Shown piece by piece: positions 55,268 to 64,000 of a DNA stretch of 64,000 nucleotides; position 1 is the stretch's first letter; every line of letters starts with the position of its first letter. The notes beneath the pieces are model-generated. The model ran no database searches. It was not told the DNA's origin and saw nothing but the letters and a program-made list of their open reading frames with translations. A program made the position numbers and the translations under genes. The DNA is taken from NCBI GenBank assembly GCA_001004105.1, contig LCQK01000003.1, positions 46,805-110,804 of the forward strand, in the 5' to 3' direction. The stretch is from Candidatus Jorgensenbacteria bacterium GW2011_GWB1_50_10 (GTDB taxonomy: Bacteria; Patescibacteriota; Minisyncoccia; UBA6257; GWB1-50-10).

Positions 55268-56895
55268 TTGCAGAAGAACTTAAAAAAATCGCGGGAGAAA
55301 TAGCGAACGACGCCGAAACACTTGAAAAATACAGCCGGGATGCGAGTTTATTTGAGATTAAGCCGGAGGTAGTTGTTTTTCCGAAGGACGCGGAAGACGT
55401 TAAAAAACTTGTTGCTTTCGTAGGTAAAAACAAGAAAAAGAACAAAAATTTATCGCTCACGCCGAGGGCGGGCGGGAGCGATATGACGGGCGGACCCCTC
55501 ACCGAATCAATTGTCGTTGATTTCAAGCATTTCGACCGTATCAAGGCGATAGGAGACGATTACGCCGTTGCCGAACCCGGCGTTTTTTACCGTGATTTCG
55601 AAAGGGAAACACTAAAGAAAAATTTGATTTTGCCGACCTATCCGGCCTCGCGTGAGATGTGCGCTCTGGGCGGAATGGTCGCGAACAACGCCGCTGGCGA
55701 GAAAACCTTAAAATACGGCAAAACCATTGACTATGTGGAAGAAATCAAAACCGTCCTTGCCGACGGCAAAGAATATCTGATTAAGCCGCTCAATCAGAAA
55801 GAATTGGCTAAGAAGATTAAAGGAAAGGGTTTTGAGAATAAAGTCTACCGTGAGATTTTCCGGTTAATCAAAAGAAATTACGAAATAATCCGGAAAGCAA
55901 AGCCAAGCGTTTCCAAAAATTCAGCAGGGTTAAATCTTTGGGATGTCTGGGACGGCAAAACTTTTGACCTCGTCAAACTTTTCGTCGGTTCCCAGGGGAC
56001 GCTCGGGCTTATTACGGAAGCGAAGCTGCGGCTCGTGCCGGCCGGGAAGTACTCGGGTTTGCTCGTAATTTTCATGAAAGACATGGCGGCTTTACCGGAA
56101 GTCATAAACAAAACTTTGAAATTGAAGCCGGCAAGTTTTGAATCCTTTGACGACCACACCTTCGGACTTGCCCTAAAATTCTTCACCGGCTTTTTGAAAG
56201 TGATGGGCGTGAACATCGTCTCGCTCGGTTTGCAATTTCTGCCCGAATTTTTCCACGTTCTCATAAACGGCATGCCAAAAATGGTTCTTCTTGCCGAATT
56301 TGAAGAAGAAAGCCAGGAAGAAGTGAACCGTAAAATAAGAGAATTAAAGCGTGCCTTGAAACCGTTCGAACTTTCCACCAAAAGCGCACCCACCGCTGAA
56401 TCGTCGAAGAAATACTGGGTGATGCGGCGGGAAAGCTTCAATCTTCTCCGGCACAAGGTGAAAGGGCTGAAAACCGCTCCTTTCATAGACGACGTCATTG
56501 TTCGGCCGGAGCATCTGCCGGAATTCCTGCCCAAACTTTACGAAATTCTGGACCGCTACAAGTTTTTATATACCGTGGCCGGCCACGTCGGCGACGGAAA
56601 TTTCCACATTATTCCGCTTATGGATTTTAACGACCAAAAACAGGTTGACTTGATTCCCAAAGCGGCCGATGAGGTTTATGATTTGGTTTTGCGATACGGC
56701 GGCTCCATCACCGCCGAGCACAATGATGGTTTGATTCGGGGCGCTTATCTTAAAAAGATGTATGGCTCGAAAATCTTCGCTCTTTTCCGGAAAGTCAAAA
56801 AAATATTCGACCCGCAGGATATTTTCAATCCCGGCAAAAAATCCGAGGCGGCAAACCTCAAAACACTTCTTTACAAAAACTTGAGAAAACAATAG
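55264..56895 (+). CDS. FAD-binding oxidoreductase (GlcD / D-lactate dehydrogenase-like)
   Basis: FAD_binding_4-type motifs LSLTPRAGGSDMTGG and GGMVANNAAG, plus a C-terminal GGSITAEHNDG. Confidence 0.8.
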   Translation: MIAEELKKIAGEIANDAETLEKYSRDASLFEIKPEVVVFPKDAEDVKKLVAFVGKNKKKNKNLSLTPRAGGSDMTGGPLTESIVVDFKHFDRIKAIGDDYAVAEPGVFYRDFERETLKKNLILPTYPASREMCALGGMVANNAAGEKTLKYGKTIDYVEEIKTVLADGKEYLIKPLNQKELAKKIKGKGFENKVYREIFRLIKRNYEIIRKAKPSVSKNSAGLNLWDVWDGKTFDLVKLFVGSQGTLGLITEAKLRLVPAGKYSGLLVIFMKDMAALPEVINKTLKLKPASFESFDDHTFGLALKFFTGFLKVMGVNIVSLGLQFLPEFFHVLINGMPKMVLLAEFEEESQEEVNRKIRELKRALKPFELSTKSAPTAESSKKYWVMRRESFNLLRHKVKGLKTAPFIDDVIVRPEHLPEFLPKLYEILDRYKFLYTVAGHVGDGNFHIIPLMDFNDQKQVDLIPKAADEVYDLVLRYGGSITAEHNDGLIRGAYLKKMYGSKIFALFRKVKKIFDPQDIFNPGKKSEAANLKTLLYKNLRKQ

Positions 56896-56909
56896 ACTGG
56901 TTTTCAATC

Positions 56910-58193
56910 ATGCATAACCGAAAGCGGCTCGTTATTTTCTTGATTGTCTTGGTTCTGATTTCGGCGCTTGCCGCCTTTTTTGCTTACGAGCCGCTCTTCC
57001 AAAGGTGGAGCGGTTTTCGGCCGTGGCGGCTGGGATTGGACTTGGCCGGCGGCACTTATCTCGTTTACGAGGTTGACTTGAGCGGCGTGGCGCAGAGTGA
57101 CCGCGATTCAGTGGTGAAAGGTTTGCGCGACGTGATTGAGCGGCGAGTCAATCTTTTCGGCGTCTCCGAACCAAAGGTTTATTTGGAAACCAGCGGCGGC
57201 ATCAATCGCCTTGTTGTGGAGCTGGCCGGCATTAAGGATGTGAGCGCCGCCATCGCCCAAATTGGGGAAACGCCTTTCCTAGATTTCCGTGAGGTAATTG
57301 AAGGCCAAGAAGTGGTAGACGGCGAGGCGACGACAACCGCGAATATTGTCCCGACTGAACTTACTGGCCGCTACGTCAAGGGCGCCCAGCTCGGTTTTGA
57401 TTCGGTGAGCGGTCAGCCCCAGATTTATCTTCAGTTCACCGACGAGGGCGCCAAAATCTTTGAAGAAGTGACCGGCCGCAACGTCGGCAAGCCGCTCTGC
57501 ATATTCTTGGACAATCAAATCCGGAGCTTTGAAGAGGACTGCCCGATCGTGCAGGCGAAGATTTCCGGCGGCAACGCCCAAATTACCGGCCGGTTTACGA
57601 CCGCCGAGGCGCGGCAGATCGTTGAAAGATTCAACGCCGGAGCCTTGCCCGCGCCCATCAAGCTCATCAATCAGCAAACAATAAGCGCCGACTTCGGCAA
57701 GGATTCCCTCACTAAGGCGGTTTTTGCCGGCGCCATCGGCACCGCCGTCGTCATTCTTTTCATGCTTATTTATTACCGCCGCCTTGGGATTTTCGCCGCC
57801 GCCGCGCTTCTCATGTATGTTGCTCTCACGCTCGGCGTTTTTAAAATCATTCCCGTTACCATGACTTTGGCGGGCATTGCCGGTTTCATTCTTTCCATCG
57901 GCATGGCCGTTGACGCGAACATTCTTGTTTTCGAGCGGACCAAGGAAGAAATCAAAAAGGGTCTTTCCAAAACCGCGGCGATTGAAGAAGGTTTCCGCCG
58001 AGCCTGGACTTCCATCCGCGATTCCAATGTGAGCACGATGATCACTTCGGCCGTGCTCTATTATTTCACTTCCAGTTTCGTGAAAGGATTCGCCCTCGCC
58101 CTATTCCTCGGCGTCGTCGTTTCCATGTTTTCCGCGATCACGATAACGAGGGTGCTGCTCCGGGTTTTCACCAAGGACATTCCAAAAACATGA
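56910..58193 (+). CDS. secD: protein translocase subunit SecD
   Basis: LGLDLAGGTYLVYEVD, a periplasmic domain, then six TM segments with GMAVDANILVFER. Confidence 0.9.
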   Translation: MHNRKRLVIFLIVLVLISALAAFFAYEPLFQRWSGFRPWRLGLDLAGGTYLVYEVDLSGVAQSDRDSVVKGLRDVIERRVNLFGVSEPKVYLETSGGINRLVVELAGIKDVSAAIAQIGETPFLDFREVIEGQEVVDGEATTTANIVPTELTGRYVKGAQLGFDSVSGQPQIYLQFTDEGAKIFEEVTGRNVGKPLCIFLDNQIRSFEEDCPIVQAKISGGNAQITGRFTTAEARQIVERFNAGALPAPIKLINQQTISADFGKDSLTKAVFAGAIGTAVVILFMLIYYRRLGIFAAAALLMYVALTLGVFKIIPVTMTLAGIAGFILSIGMAVDANILVFERTKEEIKKGLSKTAAIEEGFRRAWTSIRDSNVSTMITSAVLYYFTSSFVKGFALALFLGVVVSMFSAITITRVLLRVFTKDIPKT

Positions 58194-59074
58194 TTGACGT
58201 CATCAAACATAAAAATATATACCTCGGTGTTTCTTTGGCGCTCGTCGTTTTGAGCTGGGCTTTGGTCGGTTTCCTAGGTTTGAAGCCGGGCATTGATTTG
58301 GTTGGCGGCACGGTCTGGCAGATTGACGCGCCGGAGGCGGATTTGGATGAAGTGCGGTCGGTTTTGAACGAAAATGGAGCGGCGGATTTTCAGATCAAGA
58401 TTGCGGGCGACGGCAGCTTCATTATCCGGTTGAAGGATTTGAGCGAAGAAAATCACCAAGGTTACTTGAGAGCGCTCCAGGATGAATTTCCCGCCGTAAC
58501 CGAGATGAATTTCTCGAGCATCGGCCCGACCATCGGCTCGGAACTCCGCCGAAGCTCCATTTGGGCGATTATTCTGGTTTTAATCGGCATCTCGCTCTAC
58601 GTCGCTTTCGCTTTCCGGAAAGTTTCCGAACCGGTCAAATCCTGGAAATACGGTTTGATTACTCTCCTTACGCTCCTTCATGACGTGAGCATTCCGGCCG
58701 GCCTTTTGGCCGTTTTGGGTGAGTGGAAAGGAATTGAGATAGACACCAATTTCATTGTCGCCCTTCTCGTGGTAATGGGCTTTTCCGTCCACGACACGAT
58801 AGTCGTTTTCGACCGGGTTCGGGAAAATCTTCAGCTTTTCCGCGGGCGCAACACGCCATTGGGTGAAATTGTGAACCGAAGCGTCAATGAAACCATAGCC
58901 CGCTCAATCAACACGTCGCTCACGCTGGTCCTTGTTCTTTTGGCGCTCATGGTTTTCGGTCCCGCCCCGCTTTTCTATTTTGTTCTTACGATTCTCTTCG
59001 GCACCGTCGTCGGCACCTATTCCTCCATTTTCGTCGCTAGCCCTATGCTGTACCTTTGGCAGAAAAAGAGGTGA
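58190..59074 (+). CDS. secF: protein translocase subunit SecF
   Basis: GIDLVGGT, LHDV and GFSVHDTIVVFDRVREN motifs. The gene overlaps the secD stop. Confidence 0.9.
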   Translation: MIDVIKHKNIYLGVSLALVVLSWALVGFLGLKPGIDLVGGTVWQIDAPEADLDEVRSVLNENGAADFQIKIAGDGSFIIRLKDLSEENHQGYLRALQDEFPAVTEMNFSSIGPTIGSELRRSSIWAIILVLIGISLYVAFAFRKVSEPVKSWKYGLITLLTLLHDVSIPAGLLAVLGEWKGIEIDTNFIVALLVVMGFSVHDTIVVFDRVRENLQLFRGRNTPLGEIVNRSVNETIARSINTSLTLVLVLLALMVFGPAPLFYFVLTILFGTVVGTYSSIFVASPMLYLWQKKR

Positions 59075-59138
59075 GTGGGTGGGGATTGACGCCCTTTCCC
59101 AAAAGTGCTAAAGTTTAGATTAATAATTTGTTACCAAT

Positions 59139-60158
59139 ATGGTTGATTTAGACAAATTCATTGCCAAAGTTACAGCCGATTTCAGCCCCAAACACCGCCG
59201 GGTAATTGAGGGCCGTTTTGGCCTGAAGTCCGGCAACCGGGCCACCCTGCAGAAAATAGGCGACGAGCTTCACATCACCCGCGAGCGGGTGAGGCAAATA
59301 GAAAGCCAGGCGGTGGGTAAACTTAAAACCAGGGTTGCGGCGGAGGCCGACAGCATCATTGCCGCATCACGGACATATTTAGCCGGAGCGGGTGGCATAA
59401 TGCGGGACGACAAATTCATCCGCGACCTGACCCACGTTTTGGAAACCGCCGATAAAAACACGAAATATCCGGAAGCCAAAATCAGGTTCGTTCTTTTGGT
59501 TGCCGGCGTTCCCAATTTCCAGGCCGCCGACGATTTCATGCACGGCTTTTGGTATACCGACGAAAAAGCCCGGGACGGTTTTTTGGGTTTCGTTAAAAGA
59601 GTCAAGAAGACCCTTGAAACGAGCCGCCGGGACGAAGTTTTGGAGAAAAAAGTTTATCTTGCCGAGTGTAAGGATTGCGCCACGGCTCATTTTTTGAACG
59701 TGCCGCGCATTTTTGGCGTGAATGTCTTCGGCGATTTTGGTTTGCGGGAATGGCCCGAGATTGAACCAAAAACCGTCCGCGACAAGGCCTATTTGGTTTT
59801 GAAAAAGGAGGGAAAGCCGCTGCATTTTTCCGATATCGCCAAATTCATTACCCGCGCTGGTCTTTCCAAAAGAACGGCTCACGTTCAGACCGTTCACAAC
59901 GAACTCATTAAAGACAACCGGTTCGTTTTGGTCGGCCGTGGCATTTACGCTCTCACCGAGCACGGCTTTGAGCCGGGCACTGTTCGGGAAGTAATCGGCA
60001 AGCTTTTGAAAAAGAAAGGACCGCTCTCTTCCACCGAAGTGGTGCGGCTTGTGAACCAACAGAGAATTTTGAAAGAAAACACCATCCTTTTGGGTTTGCA
60101 GAATAAGCGCCACTTCAAGCGTTTGACCGACGGACGTTATCATATAAGAGAAGCGTAA
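59139..60158 (+). CDS. sigma-70 region-4-like HTH protein with C-terminal HARE-HTH-like domain
   Basis: RFGLKSGNRATLQKIGDELHITRERVRQIESQAVGKLK, followed later by AYLVLKKEGKPLHFSDIAKFI. A candidate promoter TTGACG-17-TAAAGT lies at 59086-59114. Confidence 0.6.
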   Translation: MVDLDKFIAKVTADFSPKHRRVIEGRFGLKSGNRATLQKIGDELHITRERVRQIESQAVGKLKTRVAAEADSIIAASRTYLAGAGGIMRDDKFIRDLTHVLETADKNTKYPEAKIRFVLLVAGVPNFQAADDFMHGFWYTDEKARDGFLGFVKRVKKTLETSRRDEVLEKKVYLAECKDCATAHFLNVPRIFGVNVFGDFGLREWPEIEPKTVRDKAYLVLKKEGKPLHFSDIAKFITRAGLSKRTAHVQTVHNELIKDNRFVLVGRGIYALTEHGFEPGTVREVIGKLLKKKGPLSSTEVVRLVNQQRILKENTILLGLQNKRHFKRLTDGRYHIREA

Positions 60159-60164
60159 AAGCGC

Positions 60165-61556
60165 ATGCTTAAAAATCTCTTCGGCCACATCCTCGACGTT
60201 ATTGAAGAACTTTTCAAGCAGGAGGAGGTTTGGGTTTTTTTGTTTCTGATACTGCTCGGCGGGGCTTTAATTCTGTTTTTGCCCATAAAATACATCATCT
60301 GGGCGCTTTTGCCTTTTATAATTTTTGTGATTATTTTCTCACTCACCCGCTCGCTCTGGCTTTTCTGGCGGCAAGAAATGTACAAGCAAAAACATTTTAA
60401 GTGCGTGCTTTTAGAGCTCCGAATCCCGCGGCAGATTAAGAAAACGCCGGAGGCGATGGAACAGGTTTTGGCGGCGATGCATTCGCTACGGAACACGGCC
60501 AATAATCTTGGAGAAAAATATTGGGACGGTGAAATAACGCGTTGGTTCTCTCTAGAAGTTGTAAGTTTTGGCGGCGAAGTTCACTTCTATATCCGGGTTT
60601 ATGAAAAACAAAGAAACCTGCTTGAAGCCGCCCTTTTCTCTTATTATTCGGATATTGAAGTGGTGGAAGTGGAAGATTATGTTAATACATTTCCGCGGGA
60701 TTTACCCGAGGTGTACCGGCGGGATATGGACCTGTGGGGCAGCGAGATGGTCTTGAGGAAAGAAGACCTTTTCCCCATCAAAACTTACCCTTCTTTTGAA
60801 GCGGAGCTGGAAGAAAGACAGAACGACCCGATGTCCACCTTTTTGGAGGTTTTAGGCAAAGTTAAGCCCAGTGAAGTTGTCGGCATCCAAATTTTAATTG
60901 CCCCGGGTCTGGATGACTGGGATAAAAAATGGGAACCCCTTGTAAATAAATTAAAAGAACCAAAAACCAAAAAAGAGGAGAAGAAAGGCGCCGAGGGGCA
61001 AATGGAAAGTTTTGCGCGGTTTATTGCCCGGTCGCCGGTGGAAACCGACGTCTTGAAAGCCGTTGAAGAGAACCTTTCTAAGCCCGCTTTTAATACTTTA
61101 GTTCGTTTTATCTATCTCTCGCCCAAAAATATTTTTTATGACAGTTTTGCCCGCCGCGGCTTATCTGGCGCTTTCAATCAATACTCAACCCTCCATCTGA
61201 ACGGTTTTGTGCAAAATTACAAAATGAGTACGAGAACGCTTATTTGGCACTGGCCTCACCTTTTTCCCAGGTGGCGCAATGAATATAGAAAACAGCGACT
61301 CCTCTTCACATATCTCCGAAGAGAAGTGCCGCCCGAGACCTGGATGGGCCGGTTCATGACATCATATCCGTTAAACTTTAATTTTACCTCCCATCGTTTT
61401 CATCTGAACATAGAGGGAGCGGCTACTGTTTTTCATCCGCCGAGCTTAATCGTTCTTACCGAGCCGCATATCAGGCACTTGGAGAGCCGCCGCATGGGTC
61501 CGCCGTCCGGTTTGCCGATTTTCGGCGAAGACGAGGAGGTGGAAAAATACAAGTAG
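60165..61556 (+). CDS. TM protein homologous to the N-terminal half of ORF 29728..32076
   Basis: The blocks LLELRIPR, FSLEVVSFGGEVHFYIRV, PIKTY and VGIQILIAP align with LYLVRLPK, FVFEIAVPYVGEEIHFFVGV, PVRTY and GAIQFVIRRA. Confidence 0.65.
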   Translation: MLKNLFGHILDVIEELFKQEEVWVFLFLILLGGALILFLPIKYIIWALLPFIIFVIIFSLTRSLWLFWRQEMYKQKHFKCVLLELRIPRQIKKTPEAMEQVLAAMHSLRNTANNLGEKYWDGEITRWFSLEVVSFGGEVHFYIRVYEKQRNLLEAALFSYYSDIEVVEVEDYVNTFPRDLPEVYRRDMDLWGSEMVLRKEDLFPIKTYPSFEAELEERQNDPMSTFLEVLGKVKPSEVVGIQILIAPGLDDWDKKWEPLVNKLKEPKTKKEEKKGAEGQMESFARFIARSPVETDVLKAVEENLSKPAFNTLVRFIYLSPKNIFYDSFARRGLSGAFNQYSTLHLNGFVQNYKMSTRTLIWHWPHLFPRWRNEYRKQRLLFTYLRREVPPETWMGRFMTSYPLNFNFTSHRFHLNIEGAATVFHPPSLIVLTEPHIRHLESRRMGPPSGLPIFGEDEEVEKYK

Positions 61557-62081
61557 ATGAATTTACTGCAGTCAATCATCAATGCCGTTTCCGATTTTCC
61601 CTGGGTGCGCACTTTTTGGAGCGTCCGTTTCATTTTCATTGTTTTGAACATAATTCTCGCCGTTCTTTTCGTTTACGTTTTCATCCGGGCCCTGAAATAC
61701 CGGCCGAAGTTTTACTTCGATTCGGAAGCACTCGCCAAAAGAAAGAAAATCATAAGAGAAGGCGCGAAGTGGGGAGATAAGTGGAAATATCTTTTGGAAA
61801 AAGCCCGAGCGCATCCGCCGCAGTCGCTCTTTATGGGCGTGGTTGAAGCCGACGGTTTGGTGGATAGCGTTTTGAAAAAAATAGGCGTGCCTGGGGAACA
61901 CATGGCCGACCGCCTGGAGCGGCTTGCCGGCCGGAACTTGAAGACCATTGAGCGCCTCTGGAGAGCGCATAAAGTCCGCAATGACCTGGCTCACACGCCG
62001 GGCTTCACGCTTGATTCACACGACGCTGAGGAGATTTTGGGGGATTACGAAGCATTCCTAAAAGAAATAGGAGCGATATAG
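61557..62081 (+). CDS. single-TM hypothetical protein with an R-x4-H (HEPN-like) motif
   Basis: The start abuts the previous stop. One hydrophobic helix is followed by ...LWRAHKVRNDLAHTPGFTL.... Confidence 0.5.
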   Translation: MNLLQSIINAVSDFPWVRTFWSVRFIFIVLNIILAVLFVYVFIRALKYRPKFYFDSEALAKRKKIIREGAKWGDKWKYLLEKARAHPPQSLFMGVVEADGLVDSVLKKIGVPGEHMADRLERLAGRNLKTIERLWRAHKVRNDLAHTPGFTLDSHDAEEILGDYEAFLKEIGAI

Positions 62082-62105
62082 TTTGAAAATTGAAAATTTT
62101 TTGAC

Positions 62106-63587
62106 ATGCCTAAGCCTGGAAAAATACAAATAATCCGTTATGCGCCGCCGCCGCCGGACCTGCCGGTCTACGGCCGCATTGACCCGAAAGACGTTTCTTT
62201 CATCGGCCGGACCAATTACGTGGCGGCCCTGGAAGAGAAAAAATTCATCTTCGGTATCAAGCGCCACGACCGGAGGCGGCACCTTTACGTCATCGGCAAA
62301 AGCGGTGTCGGCAAGTCCAAGGCGCTGGAGCTTTTAATCCGGCAGGATATTGCTTTCGGGCACGGCCTTTGCCTCATTGACCCGCACGGCGACGTGATTG
62401 AGGCGACTTTGGATTTTGTGCCGCAAAGCCGCGTGGAGGACGTGGTGATTATTGACCCGTCGGATTCGGAGCATCCAGTTTCTTTTAATCCTCTTCAGAA
62501 TGTTGACCCGTTTTTCAAACATCAGCTGACTCAAGGGCTGATTGAGGTGATGGAGAAGCAGTTCGGCGCAAACTGGACGCCGCGCCTGGAGCATGTTTTC
62601 CGTTTCACTTGCCTTGCTCTTTTGGATTATCCTCACGGCACGATGCGGGGGATGATTTCCATGCTCACCGACCGCAATTACCGGCAAAAAGTCATTGAAT
62701 ACATCGGCGACGATATGGTCAAGCGTTTCTGGGCCATTGAATTCGCCGACTGGTCGGAGAAATTCGACACCGACGCTATCATCCCGCTCGTGAACAAGCT
62801 CGGCCAGTTCCTTTCCGACCCGATGCTCCGGAATATCTTCGGCCAGAAAGAAAATAAGATTGATTTGGAAGAACTGATGAACAAAAAGAAAATTATTTTG
62901 ATTAACCTTTCTAAGGGCCGGCTCGGCGAGGAAAATTCCAGTTTTTTCGGCTCCATGTTCATCACCAAAATCAAACAGGCGGGCATGGCCCGGGCTAAGA
63001 TACCCGAGTCGGCGCGGCACGATTTTTATCTTTATGTTGACGAGTTTCAGAACGTTGTGACTGAAACTTTCGAAAATTTGCTGACCGAAGCGAGAAAATA
63101 CGGTCTTTGCATGACTATTGCCCATCAGTACCTAGGTCAGCTTCTGCCGAAAGTGAAAGCCGCAGTTTTGGGCAATGTCGGCAGCCTGATTGTTTTCCGG
63201 GTTGGCGGTGAGGACGCGGAGACGCTGGAGCCAGAAATGGCGCCACTTTTCAAAAACAAAGACATGATTAACCTCGGCATGCAGGAGTTTTACATCAAAA
63301 TGATAATCGACGGCGAGTCCTACGACCCGTTCTCGGCGGAAACCTTGAAAATATTGCCCTCACCCCACGGTTCGCTCAAAAAGGAAATCATCGAGGCCTC
63401 GCGCCGGAAATATTCCATTCCCGCCGATGCCGCCAAAAAACTCATTGAAGAAGAAGAGTCAACGATTATCAGGAGCGCCCAGGAAAAAGCCATTATTACC
63501 GGCGGCAAGGATAAAAAAGACCTGCCTGCCGGCAGGCAGGAAAGTGAAGAAAGCGACGCCGCCAAAATGGAAGAGCCACTCATATAG
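62106..63587 (+). CDS. TraD/VirD4-like P-loop ATPase (stand-alone version of the C-terminal half of ORF 29728..32076)
   Basis: RRHLYVIGKSGVGKSKALE (Walker A), LYVDEFQNV (Walker B), AHQYLGQL and GNVGSLIVFRVGGEDAE. The C-terminal tail carries palindrome copy 5. Confidence 0.78.
   Translation: MPKPGKIQIIRYAPPPPDLPVYGRIDPKDVSFIGRTNYVAALEEKKFIFGIKRHDRRRHLYVIGKSGVGKSKALELLIRQDIAFGHGLCLIDPHGDVIEATLDFVPQSRVEDVVIIDPSDSEHPVSFNPLQNVDPFFKHQLTQGLIEVMEKQFGANWTPRLEHVFRFTCLALLDYPHGTMRGMISMLTDRNYRQKVIEYIGDDMVKRFWAIEFADWSEKFDTDAIIPLVNKLGQFLSDPMLRNIFGQKENKIDLEELMNKKKIILINLSKGRLGEENSSFFGSMFITKIKQAGMARAKIPESARHDFYLYVDEFQNVVTETFENLLTEARKYGLCMTIAHQYLGQLLPKVKAAVLGNVGSLIVFRVGGEDAETLEPEMAPLFKNKDMINLGMQEFYIKMIIDGESYDPFSAETLKILPSPHGSLKKEIIEASRRKYSIPADAAKKLIEEEESTIIRSAQEKAIITGGKDKKDLPAGRQESEESDAAKMEEPLI
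63521..63540. repeat. 20-bp palindrome, copy 5 (inside ATPase tail, DLPAGRQE)
   Basis: Exact 20-mer. Confidence 0.95.
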
Positions 63588-63630
63588 GGCTATAATAATT
63601 GAATAAAGGTCGCACAATTTAAGCCGTAAA

Positions 63631-63936
63631 ATGGTTTTAATTTACACTACCTGCAAAGACGTGGAACAGGCGAAAAAGCTGGGGCAAACGCTCGTGGAAA
63701 AGAAACTCGCCGCCTGCGTCAATGTTTGGCCCTTGAATACCATGTACTTCTGGGAGGGGAAGCTTACTGATGACACCGAGGCGGCACTTCTCATAAAGAC
63801 GAACGAGCCGAAGATTGCCGAGGTTGAGAGTTTCATTTTGAAGAATCACTCTTATTCCACCCCTTTTGTCGGGTCGGTTCTTGTTCACCGTTTGAATCGC
63901 GAATACAAAGAATGGATGGGAACGGTGCTGGCTTAA
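63631..63936 (+). CDS. cutA: divalent-cation tolerance protein CutA
   Basis: LIYTTC...LAACVNV...YFWEGK...EAALLIKT...HSYSTP pattern. Confidence 0.85.
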   Translation: MVLIYTTCKDVEQAKKLGQTLVEKKLAACVNVWPLNTMYFWEGKLTDDTEAALLIKTNEPKIAEVESFILKNHSYSTPFVGSVLVHRLNREYKEWMGTVLA

Positions 63937-64000
63937 GAAGCTGTCAAAACTGTAAGCAAGAATTCCGAATTGAGCCGGAAGATTTCGATTTTTATGAAAA
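63912..64000 (+). CDS. N-terminal fragment of a second Cys-rich zinc-ribbon protein (paralog of 53504..55267; 3' end outside window)
   Basis: MDGNGAGLRSCQNCKQEFRIEPEDFDFYE matches CQNCKQQFTIEPDDFAFYK. It overlaps the end of cutA by 25 nt. Confidence 0.55.
   Translation, partial: MDGNGAGLRSCQNCKQEFRIEPEDFDFYE

Overview
This 64-kb window looks like a small-genome, CPR/Patescibacteria-like bacterium. That placement is an inference from split transketolase, many LamG-tailed pilin-like proteins, a divergent 16S 5' end, an unlinked 16S gene and almost no Shine-Dalgarno sequences; no database search was possible. Most of the window is + strand housekeeping:
- Sugar-phosphate metabolism: gap, rpiB, rpe, pyrG, split tkt, a PfkB kinase, fba and tpiA.
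- A type IV pilus block: pilB, pilC, three LamG pseudopilins and two tandem pilin genes.
- Envelope genes: GT39, GtrA, GT2, RodA/FtsW, MltG and PAP2.
- Information processing and export: rpoB-rpoC, rpsF-ssb-rpsR, L25/L31, uvrB/uvrA/uvrC, secDF and one 16S rRNA gene.

The stand-out is a diversity-generating retroelement (DGR) at about 11.9-14.5 kb. It has a GC-rich target gene whose last 37 codons form a variable repeat (VR). A 112-bp template repeat (TR) differs from the VR only at 13 TR adenines. An Avd-like gene lies on the opposite strand behind a G9 tract, and an AT-rich DGR-type reverse transcriptase follows. A paralogous target gene with a much more diverged VR sits 36 kb away between uvrB and uvrA.

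Other notable observations:
- A 20-bp perfect palindrome (CCTGCCTGCCGGCAGGCAGG) is present five times, three of them in-frame inside genes as LPAGRQ, plus decayed copies.
- The release factor gene lacks its N-terminal domain and has a duplicated, compositionally foreign 3' end joined by that palindrome.
- The two tandem pilin genes share an identical 92-bp 5' end, and both are frameshifted at the point where identity ends.
- The 16S 3' end lacks CCUCC, and many genes have a TATAAT box 6-9 nt from the start codon.
- T4SS-coupling-protein-like ATPases occur in both fused and split form.

I saw no tRNA, CRISPR array or transposase.
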